Positions 48,369 to 60,449 of a stretch of 64,000 bases of DNA are shown here, in pieces. The notes under the pieces were generated by a model that made no database searches, had not been told where the DNA came from, and saw only the letters and a program-made list of their open reading frames with translations. Origin of the DNA: Squalus acanthias (taxonomy: Eukaryota); assembly GCA_030390025.1 (NCBI GenBank), contig CM059432.1, forward strand, positions 76,324,001 through 76,388,000, given 5' to 3'. The position numbers and the translations under genes were made by a program. Within the stretch, counting starts at the first letter, position 1. Every line of letters starts with the position of its first letter.

Positions 48369-49189
48369 TCAGTTTCTTGCCTCCACATAGTTGTCTCATT
48401 GTGTTTTACCAGTCATTTTTTCATGCAAACTGTGTTGCAATGGCTGAAATATACATTACCAACATTTTTGTGCTGTGAAATGTGGCCACTTATGTTTAAT
48501 TTTGCCCATGAACCCTCAACTTTCTATGGGCTCCTTACCCGTTGTTTCCTGCCCCCCTTTCTGGCATGGATCCACTGTCTGGCCAATATGGACTGAGAGG
48601 AGCTGCTTCCACAAAACCAGGGAGGATCAGCACGTTAACGGTCAGATGTAATAATGCACTGCCTAACTAACACCCGATTGGAAGCCTGATCAGAAACTCC
48701 AGGCTAATGAGTCCTTTATTAAAACAATATATTCTCTTTTTAGATGTATTTATATGTAACTCAATACAATTATCAGTATTAACTAAATCTAAATCTAAAT
48801 GACTAGGTTACATTATGTTGTTGCTGAGATACTGCACTTTATACTTTCTAAGACGAGAATGGTATGAAACCAACTATTAGTCCAGTGAATGAATTGTTTT
48901 TGTGCTGCAAAATGAAAATGTAGAATTAGTTTTATTTTAGAATAAAATAATGAAAATATTACTATATATAGATTGCCTGTTATCAAAGGTCCCTTACTGT
49001 TTGATGTTTAGCTCCATCTTTATCGCTTGCCTAAGACCTGAATAAAGCTGCATCTGTGCCATTGGTACATTGAGCACGGGAACTTAAGTTTTACTTAATT
49101 CAACCTGCTGTTTACTGATCGTTATAAGCAAAGTGGCTCAGTGTCACTTGTACTCTGACTTTCCTTTTTCTGGGGAAGCACCCGAAAGG

Positions 49190-49313
49190 AAAGATTTGCT
49201 GGGCTATGGAGAAGGAGTGGGGGAGTGGGACTAATTGGATAATCCTTTCAATGAGCAGGCACAGGCACGATGGGCTGAATGGCCTCCTTCTGTGCTGTAA
49301 GATGCTATGATTC
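49190..49313 (+). mobile_element. CR1 3' UTR fragment
   Basis: gggctatggaga...gatgggctgaatggcctccttctgtgctgta...ctatgattc. Confidence 0.75.
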
Positions 49314-49359
49314 CATTGTTAACTTAGCCTCTCCTCCCCTCCCCCTGTAAGTTTTGTAG

Positions 49360-49820
49360 TTTGAGTTTGGCTCAGTTGAGAGCACTGTTTCCTTTGAGTG
49401 CGAAGGTTTTGTGTTCAAACCCACTTCAGAATTTAAGTCAGTAATGTGGGCTGATGCTCCGGTGTAAAAGGAAATGCTGTATTGCTGGAGCTGCTGTCCT
49501 TTGGGTGAAATATTAAACTGAGTTATCATCTGCCTGTTCAGGTGGATGTAAAAGATCCTAAGGCACTATTTGAAATAGAGCAGGGATTCTCCTAATGTCT
49601 GAACCAACATTTATCCCTCAACCAACAACACCATTAAAGAATAACTGGTCATTTGTTTAATTTGCCACTTGTGGGACCTTGCTGTGCATGAGATGGTTGG
49701 CACGTTTGCCTACATAACAAAAGTAACTGCAGTTCAAAACTCAATGGTTGTAAAGCATTTTTGTGGACATCTGCAGACGTGAAAGATGTTATCTAAATGC
49801 AAGTTTGTTCTTTCTTTCTT
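49360..49820 (+). mobile_element. Deu-SINE
   Basis: Head, core (ttcaggtggatgtaaaagatcc) and tail are collinear with 19523-19968. Confidence 0.82.
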
Positions 49821-51039
49821 TCTCCTCCCTGCGCCTTCCCTCAGCAACAGCAAAAGAATTGACTGGGTGAAGAATCTTAAACAGCCACTAGCCACCACCT
49901 TATAACAGCCCTTGAAATGCTGTAGAGATCAATTGGTTATTTTGTGGATGCTTTGTATCAAAAAAGGAAAATATTGAAATGCCCTGGAAAGCTGTTGTGA
50001 AACTTAACAATAATTAGAAAATATTTTGTAGTAATTGAATGTGCTTTGAAAATTGAAAAGGCATCTTGGTCAACTGTATTACAGTATTGATTCAGCAAGC
50101 AACAATTGCTGACAGGTTAATTTTAAATGTATGGAATTGACAGGCAAATCACTGGGAAACAAGGGTACTGCAGCTTTTAAATGTTAATTGATTGCACTTT
50201 AACTGATTTATTTTGGTGTCATTAGTTCACATCTAGAGCTGGGTCTGCCTGAAAATTTTGCACACAAATCCTTAAGTGCAGCATTCATTTTTACTGTATG
50301 TTTTTTGAATTGTATTTTTGGTTGGCAATGGCTTTTTATGTGCCCTCTTGGGCTTATTTCCTGCTATGTTTTACTGAACTTTGTTATACCATGTTGATTG
50401 CAACTGTAAGCAATCGGTTCGCTTATCTGCTGTGGCAGGTTCTGTACCTTTGTCCCTTTTTACATCGTCACGCTGCTGACCCCATGCTCATTCCCTCTCC
50501 CCATAATAGAGGGGGCCCCTGCCCTAATAGGTCTCAGCTGGGATATATGATCAGCCATCCTGATGTGTGGAGAGTTATCACAATTACATGTCTGTCCCCA
50601 AGCCCTTGGATTTCCCTAATGATTTAGTTGGATGAAGAGCACCCTGACAGCCTAAGAATTAATGCGTCCCAACTAGATTAATGTCTAATCTTCACATCAC
50701 AGTATTGTGAATTGAGATATATTTATTTCAGAATTGACTTATGTTATTATATTTCAAATCATTTTTTGTACTTTTGAACTATAGAAAATGTAAAGCTTGT
50801 TATATATAAGCATCCACAATAATACTACACCTTTGTCATTCCCACATTCTTTGAACATTAGTTGTTATTGGTGTCCATTTTAAATGAATAGGGCAATTCC
50901 TATTCATTTCTGCAAGTAAGAAATTATGTCACAATAGATTAGAACTTGAATAGCTTCATTCATGGTGCTGTTTTAAGCTTTTTTATGTGCTCATCAAGGT
51001 GAAAGATGCTAGGTCTAAGAAATAAACATTCTCCATTTT

Positions 51040-51405
51040 GGCCATCCAAAGTCAGCATCAATCACCTCCAGGTCAGGTAGAGCAGACTTGAATAGACAGA
51101 AAGAACTTGCCTCTTATCACGTCTCTCAGAAACATCTCAGAATACTTCAAATGCAATGAATTATTTTTGAAGTGGAGTCAATGTTGTTAGCTAGTAAACC
51201 TGCCTCTACTTTGCCTCAACAATGTGTCTCAGCCCTAGTCTCTGAAAAGCACGCCCTGCTGCATGAGTGTGACCGTTTCTGATTTCTTTCATCAGCCATT
51301 CTTTGATCCTCTGAGAGATTGCCAAGTTAGTGCTAAATTAGGGATAGGTTTGTGCTGTGGGTCCCCACTAGGGACTGGCTGAGACTACCCAAATTCATTG
51401 CATGT
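51040..51405 (-). mobile_element. LF-SINE-like ancient SINE fragment (with a Deu-SINE tail piece at ~51100-51195)
   Basis: Reverse complement reads atgaatttgggtagtctcagccagtccctagtgg...tttagcactaacttggcaatctctcagagg...gctgagacacattg, resembling the recalled LF-SINE core. Confidence 0.5.
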
Positions 51406-52105
51406 AATCCTCATTTTTGATAAATACAACTAGCAATACTGGGCAACTTGGATTTTTCCAGATTATCTTTCAAAGGGAAATAAAATTTTGAAGATTAGAC
51501 CTGAAAACATAAGTGTGAAATGTGAAAAGGCCATTTGGCCCATCAAGGTTTTTCCTTGCACAACGTGTACAGTCATGTACTCTCCATAAAGTAGTGGGTT
51601 TCCCTAACGTGCTGTTTAATTGTTTTGATTAACACCTGTAACATAGTGCTGGATAAATGGGATTGAAGGGGTTATGAGGAGAGAGACAGATTATCAAATG
51701 CTCAATAGAACATGAAGGTTCGTGCACTATTGGGACCATTGAATTGATATTCTGACATTTTGCTTGATTATTTTTGGAGGTCAGTGAGAAATTTCACAAA
51801 GCTTTAATCTCTTCGAATTTACCTTTGTTTAGTCGCCTTCCTCAGGATACTGAGTAGGTTGGACAATGTCCATTATAGGACAAATTGAGTGCAACTTCCA
51901 ACTTTGACTAGGGGGTTAATATGGGCAGTTGTGGATCAGTTGTCATTGTACACCCCACCATCCCAGACGGGATGTATAACAGGCATCCGATTCGCTACCG
52001 GCCATTTTAGGCCGCTGCCAAATTTGAAAGTTCCGGCCATTGTAAACAGTTTGTGAAAGGAATGGGACTGATGGGCTAAACGGCCTTTTTGTTAATCCAC
52101 ACTTC

Positions 52106-52620
52106 AAACATAAGAAACATAAGAACATAAGAAATAGAAGCAGGAATAGGCCACTTGGCCCCTCGAGCCTGCTCCGCCATTCAATAAGATCATGGCTGAT
52201 CTTGGGCTCAAAGCCACTTCCCTGCCCGTTCCCCATAACCCTTCACTCCCTTATCTTGCAAAAATTTGTATTTTTTCCCCTTAAATGTATTTAATGACCC
52301 AGCCTCCACAGCTCTCTGGGGCAGAGAATTCCACAGATTTACGACCCTCTGAGAGAAGAAATTCCTCCTCATCTCAGTTCTAAAAGGACGACCCTTTATT
52401 CTAAATCTGTGCCCCCATGTTCTAGATTTCCCCACGAGGGGAAACATCCTCTCTGCATCTACCTTGTCATGCCCCCTCAGTATCTTATATGTTTCAATAA
52501 GATCACCTCTCATTCTTCTAAATTCCAATGAGTATAGGCCCAGCCTGCTCAACCTTTCCTCATAAGTCAACCCCCTCATCTCTGGAATTAACCTAGTGAA
52601 TCGTCTCAGAACTGCCTCTA
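52106..52620 (-). mobile_element. CR1 3' fragment
   Basis: ORF 52208-52579 YEERLSRLGLYSLEFRRMRGDLIETYK; (TTCTTATG)n tail at 52106-52135. Confidence 0.92.
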
Positions 52621-53024
52621 CGTTCCTACGTTCTTATTTCCTGAGGTAAGTCATAACCAAAGACAAGACCTCAAAGAAGATAAAAGAGTGACGTTTCTCT
52701 TTGACCCTTCAATACAATCTCCTAGTTAACAATATCAGTCTAAGCTTGTAATCTACACTGTTCAGCACTACCTATTTGTATTAGAGAGGTGGCATTCCCA
52801 TGAAGCTATCACAGAACGAAAGCCATGGTAAAATATTTGATCATCAATGTACATTTTTATCTTCATAATCTTCAGTGCCTTTCATAAATAGATATTCATC
52901 CAACTTTGACAGATTAACATAATTTTGAAAGGGCTTTGGTCTCCATATTTGTGGAGATGGGGAGAATGGAAATAAATTACATAAGAGTTTGGTGATGACT
53001 AACCAAATAATTTCAACATTTTAA

Positions 53025-53125
53025 AAATTCATTCTCAGGATGTGGGTGTCACTAGCAAGGCCAGCATTTATTGCCCATCCCTAGTTGCTCTTGAGAAGGT
53101 GGTGGTGGGAGTTCTTCAACTGCTG
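53025..53125 (-). mobile_element. LINE-B 3' end fragment
   Basis: Reverse complement of the 3' UTR at 11740-11825. Confidence 0.75.
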
Positions 53126-53223
53126 CATTGTAGCGATTTGATACAACTGGGTGGCTTGCTTGGCCACATCAGTGGACAGTTAAGAGTCAACCGTTTGGTA
53201 TGACAGTGATGTCACATACAGGC

Positions 53224-53350
53224 AGAAAGGTCATCGACCTGAAACGTTACCCTACGTTTCTCTCTCAACAGATGCTGCCCGACCTGTTGAGTGTTTCCAG
53301 CATTTCTGTTTTTATTTCAGATTTCCAGCATCCGCAGTATTTTGCTTTTG
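53224..53350 (+). repeat. Penelope-like terminal arm with partial hammerhead (stem II-GAAAC)
   Basis: aggtcatcgacctgaaacgtta...cagatgctgcccgacctgttgagtgtttccagc...gcagtattttgcttt; the CUGANGA box is degenerate. Confidence 0.75.
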
Positions 53351-53419
53351 TCCGGCTGAGTTACTCTGTGATAAATACAGAGATTTGTCATAAAGAGGTT
53401 GAATTGAATTTGATACTTA

Positions 53420-54295
53420 GGCTGCAATTTTGCCAGCGCTCAGAGGGCAGGTTTGGAGGTGGGTCAGAGGTTAAATTCGTTTTGATTGACGGCGGGTTCC
53501 AATCCCGCCGTCAACCCGCCTCCAAACAGCTTTCCCAAGTGTTGGGTCCCCGATTTGCAAATGGACCCGACACCTAGCGGCGTGAAGCGGATTAAAGGCA
53601 ATTACCTTCCTATTAACAGGTACTTGTCAGTAGTTTACAGCCTGTTTTTGGATTTTGCCGCTTCTGGCTCGGGTTTCCCGATGTCCGGACACCACGCCAG
53701 GTAAATGTGGCATGTTGTGAGTCTGCTGTAATGTTTGTGGAATGATGACAGCTGCAGAAGTGGTGTGAAGGATCCAATATTGCACATAGTGAGTTTCAGA
53801 GGAAAGAAAATGTTGGGTATTGCATTTTTAATACATTTACAGATTTCTTTAGCTTACATTTTTTAAATCCATGTCCAGTGCCACCTCATTGGGAGAACCT
53901 CTCTCACCAGTGACAGATCGCTTCTGTCACCTCACCTGCAGCTGCCATCTATTCCAGCCGGTGGAGGGAGTCATTGGAGAGCCTGGGTGCAAGAGGTCAC
54001 CTTTGTGCAGTGATTGTCAGTGTTTTCAGCACCTCAATGCTGTCAAACACTGAGAAATCAACTGTCAAAATAAAATTGTTTGTTGTCTCTTTAAGGAAAC
54101 CGGCAGGTGACGCGTCATCAAATGACATCATCAGATCGGCATCCTGTTAATTGGCCGGCAAGCCCGCAGGGCGGGCTTAACAAGGTCAATCAAGGCAAAA
54201 TCACGTCTGTGGACTGGATGCAGCTGGGGGCGGGACTGGAAGCCGGAAACCAGCTGTCCCGCACTCAACCTGCCTCCATTAATAAAATCGTGGCC
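53420..54295. mobile_element. Harbinger-type MITE with canonical TTA TSD
   Basis: TIR ggctgcaatttt / aaaatcgtggcc; TTA at 53417-53419 and 54296-54298. Confidence 0.82.
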
Positions 54296-54299
54296 TTAG

Positions 54300-54638
54300 T
54301 CTTGTCATTTAGCTGATCTCAGACAGGGTAATGATAGAGGGCCACAATTAGCTTTAGTGCCTTGGTTAGGTAGAGGAAAATCCACCAGGGTGACTATTAT
54401 CGTGCAACCCCTGCCAGAAAGTGCACTTGTGTGGACATCAGGTGAGGACAGGGTCAAGCCTTGTTATGATGCTTTCTGCAGTTGAATAGCCTGCTGACAT
54501 CCACAGCTAAGGCTCACACATAAATACTAACCACTTAAGCAAAGTATTGGAGGGGGATCCAGCATTTGTGGAATTGAATCCCACGATGCCGTGAAGGGAC
54601 AGGGGAAGTGGTGGGGCACAATTGGTGGAGAAAAAAAT
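54300..54638 (+). mobile_element. AmnSINE2-like SINE 3' part
   Basis: agctgatctcag...gtgtggacatcaggtgaggacagg...gttgaatagcctgctgac...ggctcacacat. Confidence 0.6.
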
Positions 54639-55544
54639 CTTAAACAGTGAACTATATTTACATAGATCAATAAAACTTATATATTGTACATATGTCTACC
54701 CATACATATGACCAAGGTATTCACTCTCTCCTCTTGCAGTATAGCTTGTGGAGTAAAGATACACTTCTTTGAAACACGTAATTGCATTAAAGGCTGCAGG
54801 AAATCGAAGCCTTTATCCACACCCCTCTTGTCACATTCAGTAGAAATAATTGACTGCATTTTCCTGTCATGGCTCTGTTCCACAACCTTCAGTTCAACAT
54901 ATTGGACACAATGATTTTTTTTTCCCTCATCGGTGCATGTTCATACAGCAAATCTTTTTATGTGATTTCTTACACCTCGTGCTACAATAAACTGCAGCTA
55001 CATTCCTGAAAAGACTCACCCAGCACTGCATTCCCAGCCAAATCACTATGCATATAACCTACTCAGGCTAATGAAAATAAAAGATCAACCAAATGTTGTG
55101 CTTTATTATAGAATCATTTTCTAATCCTTCTTCTGAATTATTAAACAGGCCTTGTCAAGCTTTGTCTGAGTATCTTGCCATCCATGTGACTCAACATTGA
55201 CCTTTTATGTAACATCAAAATGACTGCAGTGATCGATTGGGCCAATCACAGCTGCTTACAACTTCTGGAAACCCAGCAGCGGCCTCAAAACTCAAGCACC
55301 TTCTGCAGATGTTTACACATCAGTGTTCCAGCCAATGAACCTTATGTCAAGCTTTTCTTTTAAAAAAGGCACTAACAGTTCAAAATATTGCATGAGTAAA
55401 TCAGCATGTCAGTTAAAGCCCCCTTTGCTGGCTTACATTTACCTTTTCTAACTATGAAACATGCTTTGATACTACATTCCAGATCTAAAACATCACCATT
55501 TTCAAAGAATCCTGTGGCCTTAAACAACATTTAAATTTGGAAGG

Positions 55545-55732
55545 TGAAGATAAAAATAAAAACGGAAAAAGCTGGAAATACACAGCCAATCAAACAGCAT
55601 TACAAAGAGAAAATATAGGAGTAACCCTTTACTGGAGCTCTGATGAAGACTTGCACCCAAAATATTTGCCTATGCTGTGACTTCCCAATTTTCTGCTTTT
55701 ATTTCAGATTGCCAACATTTGCAGTATTCTTT
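55545..55732. repeat. Old degenerate Penelope-type inverted repeat
   Basis: gctggaaatacacagc...cagcat arm, ctgatgaag, and ttttatttcagattgccaacatttgcagta arm. Confidence 0.55.
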
Positions 55733-57819
55733 TAAAAGAAGAACTCTGGTTTTGGTACATGATGTTAAAGGAAAGCAACAAATCACTTATACATATGTTA
55801 AAAATTTATATTTCATTTCTGACTGAAAGTGTAATCTTAAACAGAGGCAGTTGCAAAGTTCCAGTTCACCAATTCTTGTCATGAGTACCAGTGTAAGAGA
55901 TTACACTCTTCTCCAGGTAACTGATCGCTCATACATTTTAGAAATTATTCTAATTACTTTATCTAAGATAGTTTTCTTTCCTTCAACAATCCTGGCTGCA
56001 AGCAATTTAACAGTTTATAATTTGAACTGAATAAAATGAGATAGATACGGGTGTCAGGAACTGAAGAATAATGTCCCGATATTAATGCAAAGGTGGGTTC
56101 TGAGCGGAGGATGGATGAAGGGGGCAAATCTGGAAGAAAACATAATGGGTCGGATTCTCCGATTTCAACTTGATTGACTAATTTTTCCTTCGGATTTCGC
56201 GTCTCACAGCGGGCATGATGGGCATCAGCTTGACGCAATGATGCAATGCCAAGTCGACTATTTAAAGGGCCAATGCAGAAATGGAATTTGGAGAAACCAG
56301 GAGGTGTTTAGGATGGATTCATGAAGAGCGAGGGCAGTGCCCAGATTTAATGATGCTTCCCTGGAATTACTGCTGGGTGCAGTCAGCAGCAGGAGGGACA
56401 TACTTTTCCCCAGCAACGGGAGGAAGAAACCTGCTGCTGTCACCAAGAAGGTGTGGTTGGAAGTGACTGAGGAGGTGAGCAGCAGGAGCACTATGCCTCA
56501 GTCTTAATGACCTAACCAGGTCAGGAAAAGTGATTACATTTGCTGATCCACCTACATCGTGTGGTGTACAACACCCCCCAGCCTCACTAGCACATCTGCA
56601 TCCCTCTCAGTCGGAGATGGAGAGAAAGGGAACTCGCAGATGGCTGGTGACAGAATTACAAATATTTCTGATACACATATGCTGACTTTATTTTATCTGT
56701 AACTGAACTATGAGAAGACTGAGAACGGTGTTTGTCAAGATTGTTAGTTTGCCACGGCTGAATCATATCCCTTTCTTTTGTTTTCCAGAGCCTTCAATGT
56801 GTAGAGCAAGAGTCTATGGACATGCATGATGACAATTCCTCAGAGGACCTCATTACTTCAGAGGGTGCATCATCACAGGATGTACAGCCATGCACCAGCG
56901 CAAATACTCGCACTTCAGTGGGTCCCATTAGAGAGTTAGTTGGATTTACACCTGGTACTTCACAACTCACAATGAGCACGAGCAGACACTAGTGTCAGGG
57001 ACAGTTGTGGAGAGTCCATGTCGGGGACGCAATCCTCTCCAAGCTCTGCTCAGCTGGACACAGATGCTGAACTCTGGGGGCCATCATCGAGAAGGAGAAT
57101 CATAGAGGTACAGCAGCAACTCGAGGTACTAACAGACTGACCGGTAGTGGTGGGTGCAGGCCGGATGATTTCATTTTTAATTCTTTCCTGTGTGAGTCAC
57201 TACTAGCTGAACCTTCAAGCTATTAGGGCATCCCTGGCATCTTGGGCAGCAATATAACTGGCTGGTCTGGCGATGGTACCCTATCTTCATATTGCTCGTC
57301 GTCCTCCTCCTCCTCCTCCTCTTCTTCAATGTTCTAGTCGTCAGAAGATGATTGATGAGCGCCTTGGCCATCCTCCACCTCTAAGCCTCTCTGCTGCGCA
57401 ATGTTGAGCAGGACTGAAGGGCACATCCAGACCTATCTAGGCACCTGAAGCGCATCTTCAACATTCCGATGGCTTGCTCGATGACACACCTGGTGATCAC
57501 ATGGCTCTCGTTGTAGCGCTCCAGTGCCTCATTGGTGGGTTCCTCACAGGTTTCATGAGCGAAGTTTGAAGGGGGTATCCCTTGTCTCCTACGAGCCAGT
57601 CCTTAAGTCTGCTTCCTGGTATGAAGAGGTCTGGAATGTCAGACTGCCGCAGTATAACAGCTCCCAGGGAATCTGGCGCACACCTGAATTAACCTCTTCT
57701 TGTGCTTGCACACCAGCTGCACATTGATGGAATGAAATCCCTTGCGGTTGATAAAACCTCCTGGTTGATCTGGTGGTCCTCAGATTGACACATGTGTGCA
57801 ATCGATGGCACCTTGTACC

Positions 57820-58243
57820 TAAGAACATAAGAACATAAGAAATAGGAGCAGGAGTAGGCCATTTGGCCCTTCAAGCCTGCTCCACCATTCAATAAGATCA
57901 TGGCTGATCTTCTACCACATCTCCACTTTCCTGCACTATCCCCATATCCCTTGATTCCCTTAATATTCAAAAATCTATCGATCTCTATCTTGAATATACT
58001 CAACGACTGAGCCTCCACAGCCCTCTGAGGTAGAGAATTCCAAAGATTCACCACCCTCTGAGTGAAGAAATTTCTCCTCATCTCAGTCCTAAATGGCCGA
58101 CCCCTTATTCTGAGACTGTGACCCCTGGTTCTAGACTCCCCAGCCAAGGGAAACATCCTTCCTGCATCAAGCCCTGTAAGAATTTTGTATGTTTCAATGC
58201 GTTCACCTCTCATTCTTCTAAACTCTAGAGAATATAGGCCTAG
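57820..58243 (-). mobile_element. CR1 3' fragment inserted in the H7 transposase
   Basis: GLYSLEFRRMRG...KGYGDSAGKW; (TTCTTATG)n tail at 57820-57840. Confidence 0.92.
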
Positions 58244-58571
58244 TGAACGCCCTGGCAAACAACCCATCTGTGACCTGCCTTATACATTTATGTGCAACCT
58301 ACTGAGAGACCCTCGAGATGTCTCCGGTGGCAGACTGGAAGGAGCCAGAGGCAAAGAAATTGAGGGCAGTAGTGACTTTCAGAGCGACTGGCAATGCGTG
58401 GCCACCAGGTCCAGCAGGGAGCAGCTCTTCTTGAAGGATGCTGCAGCTGTCTGTGACCACCTGCCATGTCAATCCAAGCCTGCGGAAGAGCTGTTCTTCA
58501 GATAGGTCAAGGAAGCTGAGCCTTTGTCTGTAGACCCTCTCACGTGGGTAGTGCCTCCTGTGACCTCGGCC

Positions 58572-58736
58572 CCTCTGTTGCTCTCCTCTCTGCTGTTTTC
58601 CACTCTATTCTCCTCTATGCTGTTCGCCACTTTGCTCTCCAGATGTGTGTTGTGCACCCCTCTGTTGTGCATGTCTCTCTTGTGCATCTCTCTCTTTTGC
58701 GCCTCTCTGTTGTGCACCTTTCTCTTGTGCACCTGC
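58572..58736 (-). repeat. ~15-bp coding minisatellite in the transposase N-terminus
   Basis: Units such as ctctgttgtgcacc and ctcttgtgcatc; minus frame reads GAQEK GAQQR GAKER DAQER HAQQR GAQHT. Confidence 0.8.
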
Positions 58737-59458
58737 AGATCCCACCACAGTACCACGAGGCGCCATGGATGATGATTGTCTTCCTCATCCGCTGTCCTAT
58801 CGAAAACATCCGTAGCGCCCCCCCATCCTGATGTCCATTTGAAAGCCTTCAGCTTCTCAAACACGTCTGTGATCACAAGAACTCTGCAAAACGTTTGCAA
58901 AAGTGAACTGACATAGCGACTGTAAGCACTAAGACTTTATTCAAATCGGGCAATCAGAACTTTAAACACCCCTATGAAGTGGTGCTCAATCTTGCCTTCG
59001 TTTCACTGGCCCCGGGAAACCCGTGCTAGAGGCATTAAATTCAAATCCCTGTTGAAATCATTTGAAAATCGCCTCATTATCATCTGGTATTGTCCGAAAC
59101 ATCTGTGCGAATGATCACGCCACCACCGGCAAACAGGTTACTCGCATGCAGCCAACGCGCCTCCGTTAACCCTGGATGTGGACATGCTGGAAGCGAGTTG
59201 CAGTCACGCTTGAAATTTTTACAATTTTAAATCCGACCTGCCCCCAACCCACCCATTCTTGGAGGTTAAAACTCCCCCCAATCTGTTTAGAAACTTGAGC
59301 GGTCCTTTTCTAACTTGGTGGGGAGTCACTGCTGATAGTCTGATCACTGAAGTGAATGATCAGGAAATCGCCCACAGCTGAGGCTCAGTTTCCAATGTGC
59401 ACTCTTGGTGGGTAAGGCTCTCCACTGGTAGCGTAAAGTCAGAAAATTACTCCCTAAT

Positions 59459-60066
59459 GGGCGTGAATTTGACATGGAGATGAGTGTCAAGCTCGCCTGG
59501 CCATGCCGGAGGGAGGTCCAAGCCATTTTAACGCCCGGGCCTCGTCATCATCTCTCAGGTGAGTCTCCTGCGTGATCCTGGCAGGAATCAGTACCTGGCG
59601 GCAGTCGGGAGCAGGATTTTGGGTGGCAGGAGGCTGCTACTGGAATGGTCCCGGGCAGTCAGGTATGTGCACAGTGGAGGGTCCAGAAATGAACATGAGA
59701 AAGCCCGGGGTAGGGGAACCCCAAGGTTTACTTGTTGGGTCTGGAGGAGAACCCCTGCGCTCCTGACTCACAAGGAAACCTTTAAAAACGTCCTTTCTCA
59801 GCCCTTACTGGGCCTGCTCCTCCTTGGCGCCAGGTTTCCTTGGCCCTGCACTCAGCAGCAAACACACAATTGTTCACAGCAGGGGACCGAATTATGTCAT
59901 GGGACTCCAACTTTCGAAAATTTATGAGATGGGCCTCTCACGGTTCCCCAAACACACGGAAGAATGGAGCGGGTGTGAGTTCAGCGACCTTCCCGAAGAA
60001 TGCTGCCTCCAACTTAACGTCACTCATGCCTGTTCCTTGTGGGCCATGAGAGGTTAAACTTGGGCC
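59459..60066. mobile_element. Harbinger-type MITE
   Basis: Imperfect TIR gggcgtgaatttgac / gttaaacttgggcc; GC-rich interior. Confidence 0.55.
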
Positions 60067-60449
60067 TTCACTGTCTGTTCTCTTATGAACCTAGAGATTA
60101 TTGAAGGTGATATTAGCAGATCAAAACTTCATGGTATGACATTACTGTATCTGCTGTTTGAATGCTACTTTATTTAAATGGGTAATGGCTCTGTTAAAAT
60201 AATGGACAGGGAAATGATGTACGAGTGCTTTAAGTGTTCATCTGTTAATACCAGCAACAGTCATTTCTAAGCTGTTATGTCACATTTTAACCAGCATTAA
60301 GTAATCTGACTGGCTAGTTCTCCTGCAACAAACTATTCACCTTTTCTACTTTCTGTGCTACATCAGCTGCCTCAGCTCTCTGTCCCCACTCCCTCCTGAT
60401 CTCTAGGTTCTTTGAGTCATCCACCCCCTCCCCTTCCCTTCCCGCCCCC

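Larger units (their letters stand above)
56072..59279 (+). mobile_element. Harbinger H7 (deleted Myb +, transposase -), different subfamily; left end approximate
   Basis: Myb start PRFNDASLELLL (~56340); transposase on - with LSEEQ...LPVALKVTTALNFFASGSFQ and AIDCTHV; ends ttaaaactcccccc. Confidence 0.8.

Noticed and set aside
58572..58736. Repeat array as CRISPR-like
   Set aside because: Degenerate tandem units without spacers, in eukaryotic context, with no cas genes.
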